A stretch of DNA of 63,971 nucleotides, filler included, from Reclinomonas americana ATCC 50394 (lineage: Eukaryota): the NCBI GenBank assembly GCA_048213135.1. It is 9 parts of 9 records of this genome, joined end to end, with 100 filler letters (N's around TTAATTAATTAA, not from the genome) between each part and the next. Parts side by side here need not be neighbours in the genome. Positions count along the whole stretch, not along the records: positions 1 to 7,897 come from AFZH01018427.1; positions 7,998 to 13,563 come from AFZH01018429.1; 7 more parts are not named here. The stretch is one strand, 5' to 3'. Position numbers and translations under genes: made by a program. Under the pieces are notes generated by a model that saw only the letters and a program-made list of their open reading frames with translations, searched no databases and was not told where the DNA came from. Shown here piece by piece: positions 1 to 12,483 of the stretch (the first letter of the stretch is position 1; the number at the start of each line of letters is the position of its first letter).

Positions 1-78
1 GCAAAAAAACAGAGTCTTGTTATTAAAGCAGAGCGGGATCTCCTCTCGCCAATCTTTTTCTTTTCTCCCTCCCCCCCT

Positions 79-1751
79 TTACACGACCAAGACGACATTG
101 TTCGGCGGTGATTCCGGCCGCACTGCGATTTCCCGCAGCGACAAGTGGCGCACGGGGCAGCCACACTGGATGGCCACGTAGAGCGCCTGCACACCATTTG
201 CGCCGACAGGATTCTCTGTGGCACCGAAAAAAATGAGGCACATACGAACGAGCAGGCGAGTGAATTCACCGCGTGCGCGCAACTCGACAGGCTCAGTTGT
301 CGCAATTCGCGGTGTTGTACCAAGGACGCCGAGAAGGCGCAGGTCGCCACATCGTTCAGACCGCAGTCTGCAAGGCGGAGTGTGGGTGAGAGAGAGAATA
401 CATACGACTTGCGAGGTGCGTGCGAGAGTGTACCTTCCAGGAGCAACACAGCGAGTCTTGGTGCCTGGTGCAGCACCATCTTCATTGCATCGGCAGTCTG
501 GAGTGGATTACCTGGCGAACGAGAGACGGCGGGAGTGTGAGCGCACTGACAGAGACGGAAAAAACGCCACATCCCTTACTCACCGCTCACGTCGAGATAC
601 TCCAGAGCCTTACATGACACCGTCTGTGCGAATAGTGCGAGGCCAGCATTGGAGATACCATTGTCTGCACAGTGGCGTGGAGTGAGTCACACCGCTCTCC
701 ACCCAGCACTGTGATTTCGCACGCAACTCGCGACATTCAAGTACGACAATGGCTGATGGCCGGCAAGTGCCACTGCCAGCACGTACATGCCAATGTCGGT
801 CAGACCTGTGCTGGCAAGATCAAGTCGCGCCAGGTATGGCGTCGCTTTCAGCAGCGGCTGCACAAACTGCGCAATGTCGGTCCCCAGTGGATTTTCTGCA
901 CAGACGCATGGTCAGATGCCAACAGGAAGCGCGCGCACACACAGCGCCGGAAGTCACGCAACGAGCCAACGAAAGGTTCTCCAGCGGACAAGCAGCACCA
1001 CTGAGCCCGGTGGCGAAATGTACAAGACCAGCCGCCGTCAAATCGTTCTGCGATAGGTCGAGCGATCGCAGAGTGCGATTGCACCGAATGGCCGTGGTGA
1101 GGTGCCGTAGACCGAGCTCGCCGATCTGATTGAAGGGAATGTACAACGACGACAGCGAGGTGGTGGTCAACAGCAATCGGCTCACAGCACGCCAGCCGGT
1201 GGGACCTGCTTCAGCATCTGTGGAGCAGCACGTTGAGCACGCTTGTCGTCACTCGCTCCAACACGACAGCGTCCGCAACTGCGTAAAAGCAGGCTCTGCA
1301 CGCCCGGGTGCAACTGAACGGCGGCACACAGCGAGTGCACGCCGTCGTGTCCAATGGGACCGGCGACACGCACGGTCGACAGCCCAGAGTACATCAGGAG
1401 ACGAGCGAAATCCGGAACCAGTCCGCCCTCACAGATTTGCTCAAACGAGACCACACTCCTGCATACGTGCATGCGCATCAGTGGCACTGACTCTCTTTTC
1501 ATCTTGCTCTCTGACACACACGTACCGCTCCAGCAGGTCACGGAACCACATGGACACGGCCCACAGGGTGCTCGCATCATCAAACGACAAGAAGGATCCC
1601 ACGAGGCGCCACAGTGGGTCCGGTAACCTGGTCGACAGCAGCGGCCGCCCACGAGTTGACTCTGCTGCCCTCTGCGCACAGAAGAATAGGAGTGAGACGT
1701 GGTGCACTTGGGCGTCGGCACGCTCGTCCACTCGGCACGAACCGTGAGCAT
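79..1751 (-). CDS. F-box + RNI-like leucine-rich repeat protein (about 8 exons; start codon tentative)
   Basis: F-box-like LPDPLWRLVGSFLSFDDASTLWAVSMWFRDL, then LRRs (LSSLYIPFNQIGELGLRHL, LRSLDLSQNDLTAAG, LARLDLASTGLTDIG, LEYLDVSGNPL). GT-AG introns restore frame. Ends VVLVV-TAA at 79. Confidence 0.72.
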
Positions 1752-3330
1752 CAACGGGAACGCGGAAGACAGTGGTGGAACTGCGCGCAAGCAAAAACCA
1801 CTGCCGTGAGTCGTTCTGCTCATACAAGACAGCAGGGAAAATGAGGCACGCAACTCTCGCGGATGCGAGCGACTGCTTTCACGCTCGACGAGGCACGCGC
1901 TGGCGCACTGTCGGGTGATGCACGCGGCAGCGGTGGAGAAAAGGCGAGTTGCGCGGTGCCGGACGACTGCATCGACGCAGGAGTGCGGGGGCTTGCCGTT
2001 GGCGGTCGCGCGAGCCCACCCACGGTGGTCGACGGCAACGCCGACGAGAATTTCATACCGGGCGACGGTCGGGTGGAGGTGGATCGCGACGCTGTCGGTG
2101 ACATGAAACTCTGGCCGAGCGACTTTTCCGCTCCTCCATCCTGCGATGAGTCAGTCAGTCAGTGCGTGTGCGAATGTGTGTGTGGCGCTTCCTCCCCGAG
2201 GTCGACGAGCGCACCGAAGAGTGATCGTCATCAGCCGACAGATTCAGAGCCTCCACCGAGACACCGGCGAGCTTCAGCAACTCCATGTCGTCACCACGCT
2301 CCAGCCGCCTGCGCAGCGTGGAGTTCCATCGATTCTTCACCGCATTCGCCGTGCGCCCGTCCAACTCCTTGGCCATACTGCATGAGAAATGAAGTGTCAA
2401 TAAAACACAGAAGAGAGAGACGCGCTGAAAGGAAACAACGCAACGCTGCCCAGCGATTGCCCATTGAGGCACGCATCCGCACAATAGCCGCGTCCTCCTC
2501 CACCGACCACTCGCCACGCTTCACTCCCGGATCCAACTGGTTGCACCAGCGCTCCCGAATCGACTTGCCCGAGCGGCCTTGACCCATGAGCTGCGCAATC
2601 ACTGATGCCACGCCCCATGAACACACACACAGGAGACGAAGAGAGGGTGAGACAAAAGGCACAGTCGCTCACCCTTCCATCGCTTCGCGCCATGCGTGCT
2701 GACCAACGATCGCAGCAGCTCATCGTCGGCCTCTGTCCACATGGTGTGCGCTGTGCAGCAATGACAGAGGGAGGGTAAAAGAGTGAGTGAAAGGTGAGCT
2801 CGCATCTCTTTCTCTCCCTCTAACACTTTCTAACTCACCTCTACTCTTTTCCTTCCTCCCTTCTACATCTCTCTCTCTCTTTCTCTCTGTCTCTCTCTCT
2901 ACCTCCCTTCCCTCTACACCTCTCTCTCTCTCTCTCTTATACACTCTCCTCACCTCGTCGCTGCTGTTGCTTCCTCGCCGAGTCTGTTCCACTGTCGGAG
3001 GAGGAGCAGGCACTGCGACCGGGAGTCGCGTCCTCCTCTTCCTCCTCCTCCTCCTCGTCCTCCTCACTGGTGGTCACGCGAGGCAAGCGTCGTGGCGCAG
3101 GCGAGTGCATCGTCACACTCGACTCCTCCTCCGCCTATGAGAGAGCGCGCGAGAGTGAGAGTTTGCGCGGGAAATGCAGCACCTGCGGTGCATTTCGCAG
3201 GTGCGTGCATATCTCTCTCTTCTCTTGTGTGAGAGGCACAGACATGCATGCACAGGTGTGTCTGTCTGTCTGTGAGAGTGAGAGGGGGAGAGAGTGACGC
3301 AACTGCGGTGACTCGCTGCGCGTCTGCCAT
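1751..3330 (-). CDS. R2R3-type Myb transcription factor (3' end either 1820 or about 1751)
   Basis: Spliced repeats WTEADDELLRSLVSTHGAKRWKVIAQLMGQGRSGKSIRERWCNQLDPGVKRGEWSVEEDAAIVRMRASMGNRWAAMAKELDGRTANAVKNRWNSTLRR, followed by an S/P-rich tail. Confidence 0.88.
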
Positions 3331-3567
3331 GTCCTTTGGTGACACTCGTGGACGCGCGCAGGCACAGACTCTGCTCTCTCACTCAATTACTCGCACACAC
3401 TCTTTCACACAAACAGACACTGCAACGAAGCCACACACGCCGACACAATCAACAATTAATCTTCCGCTTGATTGCTAACTAACTGACACCGGGACGTTTG
3501 CTGATTGCACCACACTTCATGTTGGTTTTCCTCTGTGTGCCTGCTCGTGCGTGACTTCTTATTGTTT

Positions 3568-5648
3568 TCAGCCACGTGGCATCCACAGCTTGACCAGACC
3601 ATCCGCTGAGGCGCTGGCCAGCAACGGCTCACCCGGGTGGAAGTCGACCGAGTACACAATATCAGTGTGACCGTCGAGAGCTTGCAGGATGCGGCCGTGG
3701 CCCTGCAATGGAAGAAAAAGATGCTGAGATGAGTATGTCGGGGTTGCGCTGCTTGCTTGTTGCGTACCTGTCGTCCGCCAACGTCGTACACGTAGACTTT
3801 CTTGTTGGTGCTGCCCGAGGCCAGCAGCATGGTGCGGTTGAGATCGACGAGGAATGCACTGCGTTGCGAAGAAAAAACACCGACAATCAGCACTGTGGCA
3901 GGAGCAGCACATCTAGCAGACCACTAACACCAGACCTCTCGTCGTCGGCCGCCGAGGAACCGCCACCAGCTGCGCCATCGTCGTCTGTGGCGTCGGAACT
4001 GCCACTGCCAGTGAACTGTGAGCCGACAAAGAATGACGAGCGAATGGGCCAGTTGCGGCTCTTGGCGCCGTAGAACTCGTGCAGCAGTGAGATGCGCAGG
4101 CTGGCCTGCTTCTTCATGAGCGCACCGCGGTCAAACACGCGAGTAACATTGTCAAAACTGTTGACGGCCATGAACCGGCAATTGTCGCTCTGTAGAGGAG
4201 AAACGGAGGGAAACATGCACGTAAGTAGCTGCCTGCCATGCATGTCAACCGTCAGTCGCCAACAGTGTACCTCAGCTGTCGGGCGCGACAGCGTCACACA
4301 CGACACCGGTAGTCTCTGCTCGCCAATCTCCATGCTCTCCACAGCCTCGCCCGTTCGCATGTCCCACGTCTTCAGAACGCCCCGCTGATCCGACGACAGA
4401 ACCACCTGGCGACCCATGGCACACGAACTGCAAACATACAAGCGCGCCAATCAGCGTCGACCGCGGCGCCGTCGCGAAATATTTGAAGTGAACGCAACAT
4501 GCACGTCACTGGGTCTTGGTTGACCAGCCGTATCACCGGCTGCGCCGACGACAAGCGGTCGTCGTGGCCGTGAATGGTGCCACTTGTGTCACCGTACATG
4601 CACAAATGTGGACCTGTCGGGGATGTGAATGAGAGAGAGAGAGCAAAGAGAAAGACGGCCCAGCTTCTCTCGCATTCTCTTGCTCTCTCTGCATTCTCAT
4701 TTGCTCTCCCTCTCCCTTCCCTTCTCTCGCTTCCCTCCTCCTTTCCCATCCCTTCCCCTCTCCTTCCCCCTCTCCCTCCGGAGCAACGCACTGTGGTTGG
4801 TGGCCCACTGCACAGTCTGAATGAGTCCGGTGGCCTCCAACGCTGTGACGCAGCGGCTCGTTGCCACGTCCCACAATCGAAGCGTGCGATCAAAGGAACC
4901 CGACAAGAGTGCGTTGCTGCACACAGACATAGCAAACATGAGCATTCGTCACTCCGTTTCCCTTCTCATCTGGCAGCGGTGTGTAACCTGTCGGGTGACC
5001 ACGCCAGATCCGCCACATTGCTCGTGTGCTCAGCCAGACACGAGATCTCCCGCGGCGCATCAGAATCGAAAGCCCACAACCGCACACTGCCATCAAACGA
5101 ACCCGTGGCCAGCTGCTCACCATACGGACTGAACCGCACACAATACACAGCTCCCGTGTGCCTGCCCAAACAAACACACAAACGCAGAGGTCAGCGCCAG
5201 TTGGTGTGGATTCAAGGATACTGCCAGTAGCAACAACAACAACAACAAACCCACGCAAGTCCGCACGGAAGGAGAAGAGCGACGTGACCTCTGTCGATCG
5301 CTGCAGCGGGCGTAACCTGCTCCCCGTGCCGCGCGCATTCGACTGCGTCGGTTCCCCGCCCTCAAACGCCGACACGGGCGGCGACAGCACCGCAGTCGAC
5401 GGCGTCACCGGCGTCGTCGCAATCGTCGGCGTGGTGGCCGCACTGCCACTGCCGCCGGCACCCGCCACCGGTGGCGCTCCGGCCTGCGGCACAAACACCA
5501 CTGGCGTCGCCGGGTATCCATTCAGAATCGCCATCATGGGACTCACAGCTCCACTGGTGCCAAACGCCGCCGCCCCCTGTGCTGCAGCCGGCGTACCACT
5601 CCCAACAAACGACGCCGGTGCACCTGTCTGCACGCGCAAAGGCTGTTG

Positions 5649-5685
<37 letters not shown>

Positions 5686-6307
5686 TGAGCCAGCTGCTGC
5701 GACAACTGCTGCAGCTGTTGCTGCTGGTCTGCTGCAGTCTCCTCGGCCGACTGCGGGTCCACAATGCTAAAGGGCGCCACGGCGGATTTGCCGCGCTGCT
5801 GCAGCACCTGATTGAATCTGTGTGCGAAGAAACGACATTGATCATCATCATCTCATTCTGCTTACATACGTGTCTTTCTTTCTCTTGTTACCTGACATTC
5901 AAGTCGTACAGACTCTTCTGCAACTGCTGCTTCTCACGCTCCAGTCGCTCCACCTTGTTCTTCAGCTGCTTGTTCTCATTGTTGACTCGTTCAAATTCCT
6001 GCACAAAGTGAGCATCAGTGTGTGAGAGAGAGAGAGAGAGAGAGGGAGAGGCGCAGGAGAAAGCACCTGTTTGTAGAAAGAGTCAGCAGAGTGATACATT
6101 ATCCCTTGAGAGAGCCTTGGGGTTACAGTGAGGCGTCCAGCGCGGAAATTGCCTCGACACGTAACCCTCAATCACTCGCTCGAAAAATGGACGATGCTGA
6201 CGCCGCGGCTTCTCCACCTCTTGCTCCAGCAGCAGTAGTGGAAACTCGCAGTGGCGGCGCGATGAGCAAGGGAAGAACGCAAGTTGCGTCTCTTTCTTCC
6301 CGAACAT
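3568..6307 (-). CDS. Coiled-coil + polyQ + WD40-repeat protein
   Basis: N-terminal EFERVNNENKQLKNKVERLEREK coiled coil. WD repeats GHTGAVYCVRFSPYGEQLATGSFDGSVRLW, LLSGSFDRTLRLWD and GHTDIVYSVDFHPGEPLLASASADGLVKLW. Stop at 3568. Confidence 0.82.
5643..5725 (-). repeat. CAG/CAA trinucleotide tract encoding polyglutamine
   Basis: (ctg/ttg)n on the + strand, in frame in the WD40 gene. Confidence 0.9.
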
Positions 6308-6424
6308 GACACACAGATCGCTCTCTCTCTCGCTCGCTCTCTTGCGCCCGAGCGTGTGCGCCATCGTGCACTGTCTCACACTCCCCACTCTCCACACACG
6401 CACACACGAGTCATTGTGTGCAAC

Positions 6425-7574
6425 ATGCACATCGGATGTCTTAAAACGCCTCTCACTCTCTCTCTCACTGTCATTTCAGACACCCGCCGACGACCACGAC
6501 CGCGTGTCGCTCTCCTCCTCCTCGACCGCCGCCTCCTCCTCACTGCGACGCACTGCCGCCACCCAGCGAAGGAAAGAGGTGATTCTCGCCTCATGCGGGC
6601 CCTGTAGCACTCCATGTCATTGTCCTGAATTCCCTCTCTCTCTCTCTCGTGCGTAGGCATCGCCACCGCAGTCGCCCTCGCTGACGGTGACGTCACCGGC
6701 GGCGTCTGTGCGCTCGGATCCGGGTCCTGTGGCGGGCAATGGCCATACGCGACGTCGAACCGTCGTTCGTGTGGTCGATGATCCTTCTTCGTCGACGGCC
6801 GTGACGCCCAGTGGGACTCTGGCGGGTCGGCGACGCACTTCGCTGCAGTTCTTGGCGGTGCCGACGCGCGGATCGCCTTCGTCTGCATCTGCGTCGGAGG
6901 AGGACGGGGAGGGATCGTCGTCAATGGATCGCGATCGGAGGGAACGAGTGGAGAGGTTTTTGACACGGCGACGAGGTGCGTTCTGCTTTGCTCATGCGTG
7001 CGTACGTGCGCGCGTGGAGACTCATGTACGTATGCGTGCAGTGAGTATTGTCAAGCACGACGACACGCCGATGTGGGTGCACGACACGTGAGTGCGCGAT
7101 CGATTTCTCCTCGCTTTCCGCCCTCCTCTCACTCTTTCCCTTGTGCCTTGCAGCGAGTGGCAGCTGACGCCGATCCAGACGACCGTGGACGAGAATGGGG
7201 AGGTCAAGGTCGATGTATCGCCGCGGCCGGCGCTGTCGACGGCGATGCTGGAGGCCATGAACCGCCTGACGCCGCGTGGGATCTACACCAGTGTGTGTGG
7301 CTCGCAAAAGGGCGATGATGACGATCGGACCTCGCGTCGATCAACGTCGAGTGCGCGCACGCGGTTGCGGCGGGCCGTGAAGCGCGACACGGGCCTGACG
7401 GCGTGGGAATCGCTTCGCATACTCAAGTATCACCGCACGGTGGGATTGCCGCAGAAACGCGAGCGACTCGACAAGCTGCAGCGTCTGTGGCACTGGCGTG
7501 ACTCGAGGATACCGCAGCATCTGCAAGGCGATGGGATCGACAAGCATGTGGCCAGTGTTATCTGTCGGCCATGA
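6425..7574 (+). CDS. Hypothetical S/R-rich protein (multi-exon; start uncertain)
   Basis: Exons of about 6480-6578, 6657-6976, 7042-7087 and 7154-7574 flanked by AG/GT. No recognisable domain. Confidence 0.5.
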
Positions 7575-7658
7575 TGGGTGGATGTACAGCAACGGGCTTC
7601 TCTTTATACTTCGTCAATAGACTGCTGAATTATGATGGAGGAGAAGGAGGAGGATTGA

Positions 7659-7897
7659 CTACTTTGATTTCTTGGCCCTCCAGTCCATCAGCGCCGCCAG
7701 CGGATCGTCACCCATGTCGTCGTCATCGTCGTCGTCGGCCACCATGTTCACGTCAAACGTGCTGGCATGTAATCGTCTGTCGAGAGAGGAGAGGTTAACA
7801 AAGGGAGAAGAGCAATCAGCAGGTAATGCGCTCCACAACTTTTGGTGTCGCGCCTGCTGGAGATGCGTGGTCCGATCGAGTGCCTCGCGTGTCTTGG
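7659..7897 (-). CDS. 3' fragment of a ZNF830/CCDC16-like protein (5' part lost in the gap)
   Basis: Ends DDDDDDDMGDDPLAALMDWRAKKSK-TAG. An acidic tail plus a terminal DWRAK motif is characteristic of the ZNF830 family. Confidence 0.5.
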
Positions 7898-7997
7898 NNN
7901 NNNNNNNNNNNNNNNNNNNNNNNNNNNNNNNNNNNNNNNNNTTAATTAATTAANNNNNNNNNNNNNNNNNNNNNNNNNNNNNNNNNNNNNNNNNNNN
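7898..7997. other. Assembly gap spacer N44-TTAATTAATTAA-N44 (identical spacers at 13564-13663, 17689-17788, 23928-24027, 44460-44559, 46463-46562, 48735-48834, 60084-60183)
   Basis: The same 100-nt block, with a six-frame stop linker, occurs eight times. Confidence 0.98.
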
Positions 7998-10138
7998 GTG
8001 TGTGTGTGTGCGTCCCTCCACGAAACTGGTAATAATTACTGTAGTTTGGACTGACGTGGGTGATGAATTCGACAACGACGGCCGTGGGGTGCAACAGGGC
8101 AATGTTGGCCAGATTCGAGCCGTGCTCACCGACAAACACGGCCGCCTCGCAGTACACCATGCGCCACTGCATAAACACCTCGGTGCTGCGGCAAACAAGC
8201 ATGAGACGATGTGCCGACGATTTTTCGTCTGCTAAAAGTCCACGCAACTGTGCGCCCGACAACGGAACCAGTGCAGCTCCGATTGACAACGCGTGCAGGC
8301 GCAGAGCTTCGTACATTTCTTGTGAGTTGGCTCCGACTCGCGAGAAGCGCGTGGTGAACACCACGTAGCGCTGAAAGTTGTCGGCACTGCGGCGTGGAGA
8401 GAGCGAGTGAGCAGTCAGAACGGCGAGCTCCACATGCATCATCTCCCGCAACTATGTCGGACAGCGAGGGAATGTGGGCGGGGCGACTCGTGACGGCACC
8501 TGCGCCGCAGCTGCGCGCATGAACAGCCAGCTGTGACACCGGCGGTGAGTAGTGTGCATCAGAACAAGGAGCACTCTCCATAGCTGTGCTCACCGCACGG
8601 CAGCAATCTGCCAGGTAGTAGGCTCGCCGAGGTACTCGTTGCGACGCTGCCAGTAGCCAGCACTGACAATGGGTACGTACAGAACCTCACGAACACGTGT
8701 GAACTGCGGATCCGCTGTCGCGCTATCCGCTGCGTGTCGGCACACGGTGAGCCACTGACGCAAGCAAGCAAGCAAGCATGCATGCACATGAACACCCACC
8801 GATACCCAGCAGCGGACGCAGCCACACAGCCGTGTCATGCGGCACGCCGTGCAGCTTTAGGGTTGGGTGCGCGGCCAGGAGTGGCAGGGCGGCGACCACA
8901 CGCGGCACCAGCTCCAACAGCATGTGCCAGTAGACGTTGTGGAACGGGTTGCTGACAGAGATGGCATTGGCGACACTGGAGCGCGGCAAGGCATCCTGCG
9001 AGCGGCACACCATCTTGTGCACACTGGCCATCTCGTGCTCCTTGTACGTCGATTGCTGCACAAAGACGGCGGCCTCACGCGACGAATCACGTGGCAGCAC
9101 GGCAATCGTGTCGGACATGGTGACCACAATGTCGGCGTCGAGGGCGGTGGCATTCAGACTCAACACCACCTGTGACACAGTTGTCGGTGCTTCCATTGAG
9201 AGAGAGAGAGAAAGAGAGCGATGACGACGATGCTCACCGTGTGACCCCAGTAACTCGAGTGGCGAAACGAGGACGACAGCGGCGCAGCGCAGCCGGTCTC
9301 ACACAACTCCTGCGTGATAAAGTTGGGCCGATCGATGTACCCGCGCAGGAGAGCGCGGTGGACCTTGGGAAACGACTGCGTCGGGTGAGCAACAGCTTTC
9401 ATCGCACCGCACAACAAGCCGTCATTCGCAACGTTGCGCCTCGCATCCTCCATGTCGTGCCACAGCTGCCACTGCGATGCGAGGAGCGGACACTGCTCCA
9501 CAGGCCTCACCGACCGCGGCGGCGGCCATCGCCACACCGAGGCCTTGGCCGGGTGATCAGAGCATCGCGAAAACATGTACTCGGCGCGCGCCATGGGCGA
9601 CACCACCATGTCTCCATAGACACGATAACCGGTGCGCTCCGCCCCTCGCACATCCTCACACGACACCACATACGAGTTGCCGTGCATCGACACGCGTTCC
9701 AGGCTCCGCTGTTGCTCTTGCCACTGCGCACACATTCGATTGATCACTCTCTCCCACTCTCTCATGCACACGCGACGCGCATCACGACACCTCCTGCGCA
9801 CTGCGTCGACTCTCCTCCGATACTGCCGCCTCCAGCTCGCCCACACACCACGCCCACTGCTCATCACTCGCACTCCACGGCTGCTCATCATCGTCTTCTC
9901 CCTGCTCTTCCTGCAACAATCGTCGTGTGGCGTTTCTCCACAGCGCATCCAGGTCGCGTCGCTGCCACGTGAGCGTCCACGCATGCTGGATTCCCGCACG
10001 CGCGACCTCACCATCACTCCTGCTGTCACTGCTGCTGTTGTCACCATGCCGAGTGCGCACAACAACCACGATCGTGATGACAACAGCAACAATGATCGTT
10101 GCCACTGTCAACCATCGCGATCGTGCGCTCAGAGACAT
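7998..10138 (-). CDS. Type II membrane glycosyltransferase, family 61 (DUF563)-like; 3' end truncated by the gap
   Basis: N-terminal anchor WLTVATIIVAVVITIVVVV. NVYWHMLLELVPR and AAVFVGEHGSNLANIALLHPTAVVVEF match GT61 motifs (NYxHxxxE; HGAxLxN). Confidence 0.72.
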
Positions 10139-10197
10139 GCAGCACGCAGTGAGAAGGAGAAAGGTGAAAATGAAATCGCCTTGTTGCCCTTCATTGA

Positions 10198-10772
10198 CTA
10201 CTTGGTCGGTGTCTCGGTGCTGTCGCTGTTCTTTTGCCGCTTCTGTGGCTGCTCCTCCTCCTCCGCCTCTGCCTCCGCCTCTGCCTCAGACTTGTGCGCT
10301 GCATCGTCGTCATCACTCGCAGCAGCAGCAGCCGCCGTTGCGTCATCACTCTGCTTGCCGCTCTTCTTGACCTCCTTCAGCTGCAGCGCAGGGTGCTCTG
10401 AGCACACACACTCACACACACACACACACTCTCTGTTCGCGCACGTCTCTCTCTGCGTGTGTGCTTGTCACCTTTTGCTTGTGTCGCTGACGCTTTGCGC
10501 GTTTCTTGGCCGTGCGCTCCTCATCCATCGACTTGAACTGCTCCATCTTTTGCCGGAACGCCTCGTCCTTCTCCTTCTGCTCGGCCTCGCGGTCCATGCG
10601 CTCCAGTCGTTGAATCTCTTGTCGTCGCAAGTGTCGGTACGTGTGGAACTCACCAGAGCCCGCACCTGAGTCACAGTCAGCATGCAGAGTGAGCAGGCGA
10701 CAGTGTCTCTCTCCTACCGGCAGTGGAGCCCGACACGTTCTTGACCTTGAAGTCGCCCAGATCGCTTTGCAT
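10198..10772 (-). CDS. PRKRIP1: PRKR-interacting protein 1 (DUF1168) homolog
   Basis: VKNVSGSTAG|AGSGEFHTYRHLRRQEIQRL...ERTAKKRAKRQRHKQK across three exons. Confidence 0.88.
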
Positions 10773-10836
10773 TGTCGCGCACACACTTGACTGTCTACAC
10801 TGAGAGGACAGACTTCGCCGGCGCCGATCTTTTTCG
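10773..10836. promoter_or_regulatory. 64-bp bidirectional promoter (PRKRIP1 / sirtuin) containing ACTGAGAGGACA
   Basis: Head-to-head ATGs at 10772 and 10837. The 12-mer at 10799-10810 recurs at 26337-26348 in reverse complement. Confidence 0.6.
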
Positions 10837-12310
10837 ATGGACAAGTGGGTGACAGCCGTGGCCGCGGCCGTGCGACGTGCACGCTCAGTGGTGTGTCTCA
10901 CCGGGTACGTGCTGGCTCCTTTGTTTCTCACTCTCTCCTCGCTCTGATCGTTTCTGCAGTGCTGGTCTGTCGGCCGAGTCGGGCATTCCGACGTTTCGTG
11001 GCGCCGATGGCTACTGGTGAGCGCGTGTCTCTCGCTGTGTCTCTCGTGAGAGGCACTCATGCATCACGCGCAGGGTCAAGGGCAAGAACTATAAGCCACA
11101 AGAGATGGTTGGTATGTTGATCTTCTCGTCGCTATTGATTGCTCACGGTGGGAGGTGTGCAGGCCACATTTGCGTTCTTTGAGCGTGGTGCGTTGCTATC
11201 GACCAGTGTGGTATGCGGGGGAGTGTGAGGCACTGATGTGTGTGCTCTTGTGCAGACCCGGAGGAGTTCTGGGAGTGGTACCAGTACCGCCATCGGGTGA
11301 TCAGCGAGGCTGAGCCAAATGCGGGACACCATGCGCTGGTTCCGTACGCTTTCCCCTGTTGTGGTGGTGAGCGAGGGTGCTGATGTTAGTTAGGCGTGCA
11401 GGTGGCACTCGAGCAGTGGTGTGCCGACAGCGGCAAGAGCTTTCAGCAGATCTCTCAAAACGTGGACAACTTGGCGCGACGTGCCGGGTGTCGGAACATT
11501 TACGAGATCCACGGTTCGTGCGTTGGCGTGTGCGTGCTTGTGTTTCCACGCTGACGGTTTCTCTGCGTTCACAGGCAACCTCAGTTTCATTCGGCACGTC
11601 GCGTCCACTCCTGCCTGCGCGCTTCCTGCACTGACTCTCGATCGCCCGCCTGATGCAGGTGCATGAGCGCGGCGACGGGCAGGGAGGAGCTGTTTCCGTG
11701 GCCGGAGGGCTCGTCCGGTGGTATTCCACCGACTCCAGCCGGTGCGCGTGGCATCCCACGACCGCACGTGCTGCTCTTTGACGAGTGCTACTACGGTGCG
11801 TCTGCTCGAGAGTGCTCTTTTTTCCTGGTGTTTGTGCACTGACTTGAAGGGCGTCACAGAGGCCATGTTCCGCAGTGAGAGTGGTACGTCAACAACTGCA
11901 CACATATATAAACAGTCGCATGACACAGTGCTGAGCAGCCATGGCGGCCGCGGAGGAGTGCGACGTGCTGATGGTCATTGGCACGATGCTGGAGACGGTG
12001 CGTGTTAGATCATCATCTCCCAGTGCGTGTCCGCACCAACTCATACGTGCCTACGCAGAGCCTTCCAGCTCAGATCGTTCTGTGTGCTCCGCCATCATCG
12101 ATAGAAGAAGCAACAAAACCTCACTCTCTCTTCCCCCCACAGGCCTGGTGCTGCTCGAACCGCGACTGGACCTTTGTGTGCGACATTAACATTTCGCACG
12201 ACCACGTCTCCGAGGGCTACATGAACGCGCCGCTGCAAGTACAGGCCAAGAGCGGTGAATTCCTGCCCCTGCTGGTGGAGGAGTTGCGTCGTCCGCCCGC
12301 CGCAGAGTGA
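10837..12310 (+). CDS. NAD-dependent deacylase, sirtuin (CobB-like), about 11 exons
   Basis: VVCLTG|AGLSAESGIPTFRGADGYW, PEEFWEWYQYR...AEPNAGHHAL, SQNVDNL...EIHG|N, RPHVLLFDE, DVLMVIGT, DINI. Confidence 0.92.
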
Positions 12311-12483
12311 ACACATGACACGAGGAATGCAAATGTTCACTCGGCAACTGTGGGAGAGTGGAGGGATGAAAAAACAAATGGAATGTATGGTGGATGGCGT
12401 GTGGTCTGTCTGTCTGTGCGTGAGAGAGCGAACGAGCAGAGCAACACCACGAGATGCGGTGCTCGCCGAGAGTGTGCTCTCGA

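Noticed and set aside
5214..5221. GTATCCTT on the - strand inside the WD40 gene as a possible U12 donor
   Set aside because: Using it breaks the frame. The upstream GG|GTTTGT donor gives the correct LRGHTG.
5026..6011. Poly-Cys, poly-Leu and poly-Ala ORFs on the + strand, and similar CVCV/HTHT/RERE ORFs elsewhere
   Set aside because: These are antisense or off-frame readings of the polyQ tract and of intronic microsatellites.
7898..7997. TTAATTAATTAA palindrome recurring eight times, and ORFs ending ...LIN
   Set aside because: It is an artificial six-frame-stop scaffold linker embedded in Ns, not biological sequence.
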